Virus genome (UHGV): UHGV-0220921
DNA length: 36,267 bases
Strand: one strand, 5' to 3'
Source: a virus
The position numbers and the translations under genes were made by a program. Shown piece after piece: positions 24,207 through 33,097 of the stretch (position 1 is its first letter; each line of letters opens with the position of its first letter). The notes under the pieces are model-generated. The model did no database searches. It was not told the origin of the DNA and worked only from the letters and a program-made list of their open reading frames with translations.

Positions 24207-25497
24207 CTAGCAAGTTGTAAATTTGGAATCCAATTTGATTTTTACCAGAGAATTTTTCAACAAGTTTTTGAATTTCCAAGGCACCAATAACTTCTTGAAT
24301 TTTAAATGCAGAAAAATCGCCAAAATATAAAACTGGTGTGTCTGGTTTACCCTTTTTATCTGCTGCATCTGTCCAATCCACAGGATAGCCAACTAATTGG
24401 TAACCTATTCCACCTTCTGCTTGTGTAAATGGACGCAACAAAGGAAATCCATCATCTGTTTTCATTTTTTCAATAGCAGTCAAAGCAGCTCGATTAATAA
24501 TAAAGCGTCCCTTTTTCATCACTTCTGTCACTGGTGTATTTTTAAATTCGATTAATGCATCATATAATTTTTGCCCAGCACCTGCAGCAGTTAGATCTAA
24601 AGGTTTTTCAAATGCTACAGCCTTTTTGGCTAATGCACCAGGATTTTCATTTCCAGCGTCATCACCATTGAACATATAATTGATTTCTTTACGCACATAA
24701 GCTTTTTTCAATTCTTCCACAACAATATCTTCAACTGGAACACCAGACATTTTTAGTAATTTTTTAGTTACTGTTGCCAAAGCATCGAATTCGGCAGGAT
24801 CAAGCAAAATTTCATCAAACTGAATAGCTGTTTCAGCAATATCAGTTGAACGCTCTTTCTTGTTTACATTCGCATCTGCTTTCTTCACAAGAATTGGATA
24901 TTTGACATCTCCTGATGTTCGCACCACTGTTCCGTATTTACGAAGTAAATTTTCTTCTTGAGCATAAGTAATAACTTCAGATGCAATTACTTCTGGGACA
25001 GTAACTGAACCGTTGCCAGCTTCAATCCCTAAAGCTCGAGCTTCTGCTTCAGAAATATTTCCAACTACAAAATTAGCAAATGCTGTTCGTAGTTGTTGAT
25101 CTTTTTGTTTATTGGTCATTTTTGCACGTGCCTCCAATCCGTTCTTAATTGATCCAAGTAATCCATCTCGTTGCTGTTGAGTAATCATTCCAGAACGATT
25201 TTCTGAACTATCTTCACTGTCTGAATCTTCTTCTTGATCGTTGTCTTCACCAGAACGGCTTTCGTCTGAATCCGTACTATTCGATTGATCATCTGTATTG
25301 TCGTCTGTTTCATCAGTTCCAGAATCTGCGCCTAATTCGTCTTTAATTCCGTTCAATTCATCAATAACACTGTCAATTTCTTCTTTCACGGCTTCTAAAT
25401 CTGCTTCACGTACTTCACCAGATTCGATTCGTCCGCGTAATTCCGTTAAGCGTTGCTCATGACGAGCTTGTAATTTTTTCAATAATTTTTTGTTCAT
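24133..25497 (-). CDS. major capsid protein, HK97-type, with N-terminal coiled-coil delta (scaffold) domain and acidic linker
   Basis: 454 aa, directly after the prohead protease. Coiled-coil N-terminus then a D/E/S-rich stretch, then the capsid fold region. Confidence 0.9.
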   Translation of the reverse strand: MNKKLLKKLQARHEQRLTELRGRIESGEVREADLEAVKEEIDSVIDELNGIKDELGADSGTDETDDNTDDQSNSTDSDESRSGEDNDQEEDSDSEDSSENRSGMITQQQRDGLLGSIKNGLEARAKMTNKQKDQQLRTAFANFVVGNISEAEARALGIEAGNGSVTVPEVIASEVITYAQEENLLRKYGTVVRTSGDVKYPILVKKADANVNKKERSTDIAETAIQFDEILLDPAEFDALATVTKKLLKMSGVPVEDIVVEELKKAYVRKEINYMFNGDDAGNENPGALAKKAVAFEKPLDLTAAGAGQKLYDALIEFKNTPVTEVMKKGRFIINRAALTAIEKMKTDDGFPLLRPFTQAEGGIGYQLVGYPVDWTDAADKKGKPDTPVLYFGDFSAFKIQEVIGALEIQKLVEKFSGKNQIGFQIYNLLDGQLVYSPFEPAVYRYEITKPVGG

Positions 25498-25508
25498 GGT
25501 GTATCCTC

Positions 25509-26090
25509 CTATGCGTTAAGCGCCCCGTTAATTTTTTGAATCATTTTTTTACGTGTTGCAATGTCTTGCTGGACTTCCTGTTTGCTTCTAGCAAGTGCTG
25601 CTTCTGTATCCTGATAGGCAGGAAGAGAAACGATTGATACTTCGAATAATTCCACTTCATTCACCGTACGCAAAACAGGATCGGTGTTGTAATCCCACGT
25701 TTCTTCTGTTGGAATAAAACCGAAGCTACATTGATCAATATCTCCACGACTCATAGATTCGATAAGGTTATTAGCATCGGTTGTGTTGGGTAACTCAACT
25801 TCAAATTTCAACCCACGTTCGTCTTCTTCAAGCCGAAGTGTTCCACTTTTTGTTCGTCCTAGAACTTTCCCCCAGTCATGATCAAATAGACATCGGACGT
25901 CCGAATTTGATAATGCCTTCGAAAATGCACCAGGAGAAATTACTTCTTCTAAGCCTTCCCAAAGTAACGTTCGACTGTTGAACACAGCAGCATACCCAGT
26001 TACGATTCGACTATTATTTTCTGTAACATCTCTAGTACTCAAGTTGGTGATATCAAATGTCCGAATTTCCTTCTTTTTCATTTCCATCAC
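25509..26090 (-). CDS. prohead serine protease (HK97 family)
   Basis: 193 aa between the portal and capsid genes, overlapping the portal 3' end. Confidence 0.8.
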   Translation of the reverse strand: MMEMKKKEIRTFDITNLSTRDVTENNSRIVTGYAAVFNSRTLLWEGLEEVISPGAFSKALSNSDVRCLFDHDWGKVLGRTKSGTLRLEEDERGLKFEVELPNTTDANNLIESMSRGDIDQCSFGFIPTEETWDYNTDPVLRTVNEVELFEVSIVSLPAYQDTEAALARSKQEVQQDIATRKKMIQKINGALNA

Positions 26091-27282
26091 CCCCTTTCAC
26101 GTTTTGATCATTCGTTGGTAAGGAATCATCTGTTGCATTTTTCTGGCCAATCCTAGATAAGTCATTTGAAATATAGATAGCTTGTGTTTCTGGAGTGTTC
26201 TGTTTAGGGAAACCAAGCATTTCTGCCACATTATCTGGACTTGTAATCCCAGTACGTACGATATTGTAGCCAATATTTGTTTTTGTTGAGTAAGGAACAA
26301 AATCCAAAATGTTAATTTTCCATTCCACTCGATAGCCAGAATTAGGCATAAAAAAAAGAGCGGTGTAATGTTCGCTCTTGTTCTTCAATATTGGTTTGAT
26401 TGCTTTGTTGTGCAGATACATCATCGCTTTTTCGATGTCTGTTTTCATCAACGATTGATACGTATCAACATTGATTCCTAAAAATTTACCTAAGTCTTTT
26501 TTATAAACACCTAAATAGTTCAAAATAGCCGCGTCATCAACAGGACTTTTTAACGTCTCGATGGAATATCCTTTTCCCAGAGGAATCATCTTAACAGAAT
26601 GATCACTGTCATTTTGCGTTCCTTCCAGTTGATCCAATATAGCTTTGACAATTTTCGTTTGGGCGCTATTATTTGGATTGATGTGGGCGTCCAGTTTAAG
26701 CATGAATGCGAGTAAACCACCTTTAGTATATTTGTCCGTCAAAACTTTTTCAGCGCTCAGAACGCCTTCCAGAGTGTTTCTTGCAAGGTCAATTATTCCA
26801 GCACCTTTTAATGAATCAGTTCCGATGTTCTTAATATGTCGAATCATTTGACCAGGTATTTTTTGTCCATTCATTTCAAATTCTTCTTGAAGTCGTTCAT
26901 TGATTTTAGTGGTTACACCGTATGCCAAATGAAGCTGGTCCCGATCTGTTAATGGGAATGTCTCACCATTGATCAGTAGGGTATTTGTTTCCAATTTGGT
27001 AAATTCGAATCCGGTCAAATAATCATTGGGATTCTTCAAAATTTTTAGCAAGTGGTGGTCCTTCACTTCATTACCGTCTGGACCTATGACAACAGGTGAG
27101 GACAACGCTACCTGGTTTGAGATATCCTGGACCAATTCATAAACATCAGAAGATTCCATGATAGAGGAATCTGTTACATATCTTTGACCGTAACGCGTAT
27201 AGTGGCCAAACATATCCTCGATGTACCCACGCTTTTCCATAAAGGAATAGACTGCATTCGATAACCGATCACGTAATTTCAA
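26053..27282 (-). CDS. portal protein (HK97 family)
   Basis: 409 aa, downstream of terL. Confidence 0.85.
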   Translation of the reverse strand: MKLRDRLSNAVYSFMEKRGYIEDMFGHYTRYGQRYVTDSSIMESSDVYELVQDISNQVALSSPVVIGPDGNEVKDHHLLKILKNPNDYLTGFEFTKLETNTLLINGETFPLTDRDQLHLAYGVTTKINERLQEEFEMNGQKIPGQMIRHIKNIGTDSLKGAGIIDLARNTLEGVLSAEKVLTDKYTKGGLLAFMLKLDAHINPNNSAQTKIVKAILDQLEGTQNDSDHSVKMIPLGKGYSIETLKSPVDDAAILNYLGVYKKDLGKFLGINVDTYQSLMKTDIEKAMMYLHNKAIKPILKNKSEHYTALFFMPNSGYRVEWKINILDFVPYSTKTNIGYNIVRTGITSPDNVAEMLGFPKQNTPETQAIYISNDLSRIGQKNATDDSLPTNDQNVKGGDGNEKEGNSDI

Positions 27283-27303
27283 TATTTCTCACCGCCTTTC
27301 TAT

Positions 27304-29031
27304 TTATCTATAGATGGAACTAAGGTAATCATCTAATTCATCCGAATCAATATCTGTCATCTGATTCATCGTTTCCTTATGACCACACAAAAACGCCACG
27401 AAACCATCAATCTTTTTCTTTGATTGACGTTTACTTGGCGCTTTTTGTCCGTTGATGTTAGTGATTGCTACAACGTTCAAGGTGCAATAAAGGAACAATG
27501 GATTATCAAATTGAATTCGTTTCTCATAAAACAACCGTTCGACATCATCAAAAGGAGCGTTCAACACTTTAGGATATTGGGCAACCTCAACGCATTCCAA
27601 TCCTAAGTTCTCCAATTTCTCAACAAGTTTGTCGCTCATCGCTGGATCATAATTCACTTGTTGTATATCGTATAAATCCATGCAGTCTTCGATGTACTGC
27701 AAGATTTGATCTTGATCAATCATTTTACCATCGCAAAATTCAACAAAACCTTGTTCAGCTAAATCGCTGTAAGGCACGTTATCTTCTTTTTCTCGAAACT
27801 CTAAATCTTCATTGGGAATAAAATAAAGCTGCTTCACTTTAAGGACCGCTTTTCCATCTTCATCCCACGTTGGGAAGTTTAAAGACACACAGGTCAAATC
27901 TCGTGTGCGTGATAAATCCAAACCAATGTAACAAGGTTCACCACTTAAATTTCCAAGCTCTTGGGTAGTAACCAAACACGGCTCTACTTGATCCTGTTCA
28001 AAGAAATTATCCGCACCGTTTACAAATACATCCAAGTGCTTCGTTAGAAACTCGGCTTTTGAATGTGCTGAACGTTGTGCCGTTTTAAACGCTGACTCCA
28101 AGGCGGAAAGATCAACTGATATTCCCCAGTTAGGATTGCACATTTCCCAAACTTTTCTATCCGTCCAATCATAGTTTTTATTTGGTTCATAGATTAGAAC
28201 AAAGTTCGAATCATTATCATCACGTTTCAACACTTCTTTTGCTTCACGATATACGCGCATTCCAACAGACGATGAACCTTTCCCAGCAGTTGAAATATTA
28301 AACATCAATGGTTGTGGCAAAGAGATTTGTGCAGACTTAAAATTGTCATACTGTTCCATTTTCTCTTGCTTATGCAGCTCATCATTCAATACAAAATATG
28401 GATTAGAACCCTCAATGTTATCGATATTCTTCGTTTGAACAATAAATTTATTCGAATAAGCCATATCTTCATGAATATAATCATAAGTAATACTAGAAAC
28501 AGTTCCCTTTGGTCCTTTGAATATTTTAGTTCCTTCAAGTAGGATTGGATTGTTTAATATTGTAGCTGCAAAAGGTTTGGCAGCATATTGAGCTTGAGCA
28601 AAGTCAGAAGCGCATGCATAACAATCGACTGACAAAGCACCTTCTCCATACATTGCATAGCCTAATGAACCGACAGCAATCAATGTTTTACCGTTCTTTT
28701 TAGGGATTTGGACATACGCTTCACGAGTAACACGGACAATTTGCCCTTTTTCATTTTCTTTAACCCATCCATACATCCACGAGTAAATAAATTTTTCCCA
28801 AGGTTCTAAAATGAATGGCTTTCCAACCATCTCACCTTTTGTGTGAACAATAAACGACTCAACCCAGTCCATCATTTCATTCGCACGATCTACATCAAAC
28901 CAAATATCTTTACGTTTTTTCCACCGATACCAACGATCCACTGCCAAACGAACAGTTTTAGGATATTTCCCAGGTTTCTTTCTTACTTCTTTTGCAAATA
29001 AATCGGCATAATTTACACCAGGTTCGATCAT
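27304..29031 (-). CDS. terL: terminase large subunit
   Basis: 575 aa, overlaps the terS 3' end, has ATPase and nuclease halves. Confidence 0.9.
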   Translation of the reverse strand: MIEPGVNYADLFAKEVRKKPGKYPKTVRLAVDRWYRWKKRKDIWFDVDRANEMMDWVESFIVHTKGEMVGKPFILEPWEKFIYSWMYGWVKENEKGQIVRVTREAYVQIPKKNGKTLIAVGSLGYAMYGEGALSVDCYACASDFAQAQYAAKPFAATILNNPILLEGTKIFKGPKGTVSSITYDYIHEDMAYSNKFIVQTKNIDNIEGSNPYFVLNDELHKQEKMEQYDNFKSAQISLPQPLMFNISTAGKGSSSVGMRVYREAKEVLKRDDNDSNFVLIYEPNKNYDWTDRKVWEMCNPNWGISVDLSALESAFKTAQRSAHSKAEFLTKHLDVFVNGADNFFEQDQVEPCLVTTQELGNLSGEPCYIGLDLSRTRDLTCVSLNFPTWDEDGKAVLKVKQLYFIPNEDLEFREKEDNVPYSDLAEQGFVEFCDGKMIDQDQILQYIEDCMDLYDIQQVNYDPAMSDKLVEKLENLGLECVEVAQYPKVLNAPFDDVERLFYEKRIQFDNPLFLYCTLNVVAITNINGQKAPSKRQSKKKIDGFVAFLCGHKETMNQMTDIDSDELDDYLSSIYR

Positions 29032-29492
29032 TTTTCAGTACCTGCCTTCTTACGCCATTTGTTTCTGTGCGCTGCTAGTTCATCTACTGGCTTTTCTTCT
29101 GGACGTGTAATTTCTTCATCTTTTCTTGCAGTCGATCCGCCAGTTATTTGTCTACCAGTTTTAGCCTTATTCGTTAGCCCCAACAAATCTAGAGCTTTCA
29201 TTTTCTTATCTGACCAAGTTTCTACTTGCTGCGCCAATGGATGCTTCGATTGATTAGTGGCACCTGATTTATTCGTGAATTTTTGCGTCTCCGGAAAGCC
29301 TTTTTCCTTCCACAAAAGATATTTGTGTTGGTAAATTTCAAAAATATCCAAATATGATTCGATTAATGGATCAAGAGTGATAGTGTACAAATCAGACAAA
29401 TTCATTATTTTTAAAATACGAGCTTTTTCAGCACTTACTTTTTCATCAACAATCGCTTTACGTTGCGCTTTAGTCGTCATACTTGTATACAC
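29028..29492 (-). CDS. terS: terminase small subunit (P27-like; start GTG 29490-29492 or ATG 29478-29480)
   Basis: About 150 aa, immediately upstream of terL and downstream of the HNH/cos region. Confidence 0.75.
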   Translation of the reverse strand: MYTSMTTKAQRKAIVDEKVSAEKARILKIMNLSDLYTITLDPLIESYLDIFEIYQHKYLLWKEKGFPETQKFTNKSGATNQSKHPLAQQVETWSDKKMKALDLLGLTNKAKTGRQITGGSTARKDEEITRPEEKPVDELAAHRNKWRKKAGTEK

Positions 29493-29592
29493 CCCCCTTT
29501 GTTTTTTGAAAAATTTGACCTAACGATGCGCGTGACTCCCCGCTACCCTATCTCCCCACGCGAAAAAATTTTGAAAATGGATAGGGGGGGCT
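29493..29592. other. putative cos site region (C7 and G8 runs, CCCTATC/GATAGGG inverted repeat, direct repeats TTTTGAAAA(A)T) between HNH endonuclease and terS
   Basis: GC-rich homopolymer runs sit in an AT-rich genome. The HNH-cos-terS order is established for HK97-like cos phages. Confidence 0.45.
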
Positions 29593-29973
29593 TCAGTTGA
29601 AATACGAAGGGAAAACTTTTTTGTCTTCCGTTTCGTTTTCAACAATTGGATGACATTTTGAACATAAAAGCATGAGATTGTTTGGATCAAGCTTAAGCAG
29701 TTCATTGTCTTTGATTGGTACAATGTGATGGACGTGTGCCCTCTTGCCAAAGATGAACTGACCACATCGCTGACAGTGGCCACCTTCTCTTTCGTAAATA
29801 AATTGGCGCATATCTTTCCATGCCTGTGTTCGATAGAATGGTTTGTTCTCATGATGATAAACAGACTTTGCTTGCTGCTTCTTCTTGCGTGATCTGCTTG
29901 ATCTCTTGTGTTCAGTACAGTAGATACCCTTTGCTATCTTGTTCGTGCATCCGTCAAACTGACAGTACTTCAT
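29593..29973 (-). CDS. HNH endonuclease (terminase-associated)
   Basis: Contains HCQRCG...HVHHIVP...NNLMLLCSKCH. Confidence 0.9.
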   Translation of the reverse strand: MKYCQFDGCTNKIAKGIYCTEHKRSSRSRKKKQQAKSVYHHENKPFYRTQAWKDMRQFIYEREGGHCQRCGQFIFGKRAHVHHIVPIKDNELLKLDPNNLMLLCSKCHPIVENETEDKKVFPSYFN

Positions 29974-30371
29974 TCTGCTTCACGGATAAGATTGATGATG
30001 TCTCCTTTTGCACGGACAGCACCAGGAATATCAATGCCATGTTTCTTAGCATATGCACGTAATTCTTTTGCAGTCATATCTTCCAACTCATCTGTTGTTC
30101 CATCGAACTGATCATCGGTAACTTTTTCTCCATCAAAGTCAGCAGCGGTGTTTCCATCGCTATCTAATTCTTCTCCCGATAAATGAATTTCTTCACCACT
30201 CTTGAACAAGACACCATCACCAACGATTGACTTGGCAACTACAGTCATATCAGTCTGTTCACTTGTATCAAATTTAGGTTCTTGACCTTTCGGAACTGCA
30301 ACAGTCTTTTTCTTTTCTGAATCCCAATACTCTGTTCCTGTGATGGATGTTCTAATTTTGATTATTGCCAT
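29970..30371 (-). CDS. hypothetical protein with C-terminal HeH/Rho-N-like motif (MTAKELRAYAKKHGIDIPG)
   Basis: ORF track entry. Confidence 0.5.
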   Translation of the reverse strand: MAIIKIRTSITGTEYWDSEKKKTVAVPKGQEPKFDTSEQTDMTVVAKSIVGDGVLFKSGEEIHLSGEELDSDGNTAADFDGEKVTDDQFDGTTDELEDMTAKELRAYAKKHGIDIPGAVRAKGDIINLIREAE

Positions 30372-30738
30372 TTTGATTCTCTCCTTTGTAATTTGTACTG
30401 ATTACTTTTGCGCCCATCCGCTCATACCATTCAACCTGTTCTTTTAAATTCGGTAAGGTCCTAGAAATCAATGCTATGGTTAGGTGAGTTTTGCGTTCTG
30501 TTCTATCAATTATTGCTCCGGAATATTTTTCAATAGTCAGGCTATTATCAATACTGACACTACAGTGGTTGCCATTCCAGCTTGGCTTGATATCGCTAAT
30601 CACAATATTTCCATCGGCATCTTTTATTTCATTTTTAATCCAACGTCTACTGTTGTCATCTTCAATCGCTTTTTTATAAACTTGCCCCATACCCGTTGGA
30701 ACATCAAAAGTAAGTACAGCCTCATGAAAATCATTCAT
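30352..30738 (-). CDS. hypothetical protein (start trimmed to MNDFHEAV)
   Basis: RBS AAAGGAG lies 9 nt before ATG 30736-30738. The track's N-terminal extension would read through the upstream terminator hairpin. Confidence 0.5.
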   Translation of the reverse strand: MNDFHEAVLTFDVPTGMGQVYKKAIEDDNSRRWIKNEIKDADGNIVISDIKPSWNGNHCSVSIDNSLTIEKYSGAIIDRTERKTHLTIALISRTLPNLKEQVEWYERMGAKVISTNYKGENQNGNNQN

Positions 30739-30753
30739 AGATAAAACTCCTTT

Positions 30754-30784
30754 CAAAATAAAAAGACCACTCAAAGAGTGATCT
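30754..30784 (-). terminator. intrinsic terminator (AGAUCACUC-UUU-GAGUGGUCU then UUUUAUUUUG) closing the ORF-free structured region
   Basis: 9-bp stem with one G-U pair plus a U-tract on the minus strand. Confidence 0.55.
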
Positions 30785-31330
30785 AATATGTAATAGCAAC
30801 CTACACACAGACAAGTCTAATACTTCCTGCGCCTCACCACTGCCACATCCCTCGGTTGCTAACGAATACTGAAACAGAATACCGTCTCTGTTCATGACCA
30901 ACGCGACAGTACAAAGCTTTGTCGCAAGCAGGTTATCGTATTCCTAATAACCCCAACTAATGTTTCTCTCCTAACCTACACCTGAGAGTGGCACACGTCT
31001 GCGCTAGTATTTTATGCCTTCTAACTGCTAGTCGCATCCCGACTAGTCAGCCAATTCATCGGCATCCGATAAGATGAATTGTTTCCGTAGGTTCCTTAAG
31101 TCACTGGCAATGAATCGAACATTGCAACACCATTTTCCGATATTTTACAGACTCTTCATCATAAAAGCTCTCACCTCTAGAATTGTCTATCTTTAGGGGA
31201 ATTATTCAAGATGCCTCTTGCCCATTACCCTCGACGGTCTCTTGCCTAGCTGCATAAACTAAGCTCAGGTGCTCATTACCACTGATTTAAGTTATTAGCG
31301 TTACCTTTCCGCCACAGTGACAAATTAATA
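30785..31330 (-). ncRNA. candidate large structured noncoding RNA (about 0.55 kb, G-rich on the minus strand, ends at an intrinsic terminator); class unknown, possibly ROOL/GOLLD-like ornate large RNA
   Basis: No ORF of 60 aa or more lies in any frame across about 700 bp of an otherwise gene-packed genome. G+C is 25/60 and 28/60 in two hand-counted lines. Local hairpins are listed under findings. Confidence 0.35.
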
Positions 31331-31410
31331 TTGTGAAAATAAATACTAAGCGTATAATTTTATTTATCAGCGAGTGGTCCGCTGAAATAATTGATAAGGA
31401 GGTGGAAATT
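31331..31410 (+). promoter_or_regulatory. promoter TTGTGA-16-TATAAT followed by the conserved hairpin CAGCG-AGTGGTC-CGCTG and RBS AAGGAGGTGG (copy 1 of a duplicated promoter-leader element)
   Basis: Read directly. It leads into a 19-codon micro-ORF (31411-31470) antisense to 31477..31677. Confidence 0.5.
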
Positions 31411-31476
31411 ATGGTGCAGGTTCCTTATGCTGAATCCAATTGTTCGTGGTGGCGGGCAATACAAATATAGATTCTA

Positions 31477-31677
31477 TTAATCTTTAATTTGAGCTGGCAT
31501 GCCAATTGTCAGCTCTGTTAATGTGGCATTTTTTTTCATATAATCTTCCACTTTTGATACAGCATTTTGCAAATTAGAAATCGTCCAGCCTTTCTCGGTT
31601 ACAAAACTAATAACCGTTTCAATAAATTCTTTTTCCTCTGTTTCTAAAACAATCCTTTGCGTGTCCATTCTATTCAT
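31477..31677 (-). CDS. hypothetical small protein
   Basis: ORF track entry. RBS AAAGGAA lies 8 nt before the ATG. Confidence 0.5.
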   Translation of the reverse strand: MNRMDTQRIVLETEEKEFIETVISFVTEKGWTISNLQNAVSKVEDYMKKNATLTELTIGMPAQIKD

Positions 31678-31684
31678 TCCTTTC

Positions 31685-31745
31685 TGTTGTATAATTTCCT
31701 TATCAGCGAGTGGTCCGCTGAAATGAATTATAGGTGGTGAAAAAT
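31685..31745 (+). promoter_or_regulatory. copy 2 of the duplicated element: TATAAT (31691-31696), hairpin CAGCG-AGTGGTC-CGCTG (31704-31720), RBS AGGTGGTG
   Basis: An ungapped 25-nt match (TTATCAGCGAGTGGTCCGCTGAAAT) to 31362-31386 plus shared flanks. It drives the DUF1508 gene. Confidence 0.5.
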
Positions 31746-31925
31746 TTGTACTTTGTTATAAGAGAAGCAACTAATGGCCAATATTACTTCGTTATTAAGT
31801 CCGATAACAATGAAGTAGTAGCAACTAGCGAAACATACTTGACTAAATATTCCGCTGAACAAACCATTAATTCTATAAAAAACGGAATCACCAAAGACTC
31901 TCAAGTTATCGATATGACTAAATAA
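31734..31925 (+). CDS. DUF1508 (YegP-like) small protein on the plus strand (start GTG 31734 or TTG 31746)
   Basis: YFVIREATNGQYYFVIKSDNNEVVATSETYLTKYSAEQTINSIKNG matches the DUF1508 repeat pattern. Confidence 0.6.
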   Translation: MVKNLYFVIREATNGQYYFVIKSDNNEVVATSETYLTKYSAEQTINSIKNGITKDSQVIDMTK

Positions 31926-32331
31926 GACGACTAACTTCATTTGCTAGGGAGTTCATTTCAGCTGCTTTTTCTACTAAAGCAGTTGAGATACTTTCTAGCT
32001 TTTCTGATTTAACAGAATTAAATACTGGCGTCTTGATACTGATCGATACATCTTGACGAGGATCAGGACTCGTTGCTCTATTTTTTTGCACCACTGATCT
32101 GTACTTTTCTACTGAATGATACTCAATTACTTGTTCCAAATGTTTTTTGTACTCTTTACATACAGCTTCTTTTTGGATCAATTCTAAACGTTGTTGCTCA
32201 ATAATATCAATCAACCGTTTTCGATCCATACCTTGATACTTTATTTGTTCGACTTGGTCACTAGCCTTGTTGAGCAGTTCTTTTAGTTCAGTCAAATCTA
32301 ATTTGACAGTTGCTTTGATTTCTTTATCCAT
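31918..32331 (-). CDS. hypothetical coiled-coil protein (start trimmed to MDKEIK)
   Basis: RBS GGAG precedes ATG 32329-32331. The track's N-terminal extension lacks an RBS. Confidence 0.45.
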   Translation of the reverse strand: MDKEIKATVKLDLTELKELLNKASDQVEQIKYQGMDRKRLIDIIEQQRLELIQKEAVCKEYKKHLEQVIEYHSVEKYRSVVQKNRATSPDPRQDVSISIKTPVFNSVKSEKLESISTALVEKAAEMNSLANEVSRLI

Positions 32332-32560
32332 TCGTTTTTTCTCCAATACATAAATTAATAGACAGCAACGGATGATAGATAATAAGAACAATTTAGAAGG
32401 AGTTGGAATTCACATCCTTATTCTTAATATTTCCGTCGCTATCTATCGAAGCTTAATTGTGAAACAATAATAAAACGATGTTCCTTTTATTATTATTTTG
32501 TCTCAGACCTATCACTAATCTTTCGACACTATCATAATACAACATTGAATAGGTAAGTGA

Positions 32561-32626
32561 TTGGTATAAAAAAGGTATAAAATGGAAACCAAATTGGTAA
32601 TAAAAGGGTATAAAAAGTGTAAAAAC
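32561..32626. repeat. array of 4-5 direct GGTA(T/A)AAAA repeats
   Basis: Copies at 32563-32571, 32574-32582, 32596-32605, 32607-32616 and a degenerate one at 32619-32626. The array lies between the sigma-like gene's stop and the next operon. Confidence 0.5.
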
Positions 32627-32629
32627 TGG

Positions 32630-33097
32630 CTACTTGAAAGCAACCAGTTCTAACGATGAAGCAAATTGGATGATAATTCTGTTTGATTCTACTTTAACCG
32701 ATTCTTCGCTAGTATTATTCCTTTGAGCAGTTACATAAATGGGCAGACCATTGATATAACGATCATAGAATATCTTCTTGCGCCTTTCAGTCACATCGGG
32801 TTTGTGCGGATGCTGTATAGCAGAGTATCCTCTAATAAACAATTTATGCAAATACTCAAATTCTTCTTGTGCTTCTTCTTTATCAATCAACATTCTTTCG
32901 GCTTCAAAATCATGATTAGCTGTAGATGGTGGAACCAAGGAGTATGATGCTGTCACTTTTGGTTCTCGAGGTTGCCCTACTCTACATCTAGCTGATAGAT
33001 ATGCTGAAAGGAAAACACCAACATTATGTTTTGTGCGGTCCATATCAACATCTTTCGCGCTTGGTGTCTCATATTTCTTTACATCGAAAAGTACCAT
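32630..33097 (-). CDS. sigma-factor-like late regulator (region-4-like C-terminus)
   Basis: ERRKKIFYDRYINGLPIYVTAQRNNTSEESVKVESNRI fits the sigma-70 region 4 pattern. Confidence 0.45.
   Translation of the reverse strand: MVLFDVKKYETPSAKDVDMDRTKHNVGVFLSAYLSARCRVGQPREPKVTASYSLVPPSTANHDFEAERMLIDKEEAQEEFEYLHKLFIRGYSAIQHPHKPDVTERRKKIFYDRYINGLPIYVTAQRNNTSEESVKVESNRIIIQFASSLELVAFK

Noticed and set aside
29520-29852. 110-aa minus-strand ORF
   Set aside because: It overlaps the well-supported HNH endonuclease in a different frame and extends into the cos-like G/C runs.
31728-31940. 70-aa minus-strand ORF
   Set aside because: It is antisense to the DUF1508-motif ORF, and its sequence is hydrophobic with no motif. 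The plus-strand reading has a recognisable family signature and its own promoter and RBS.
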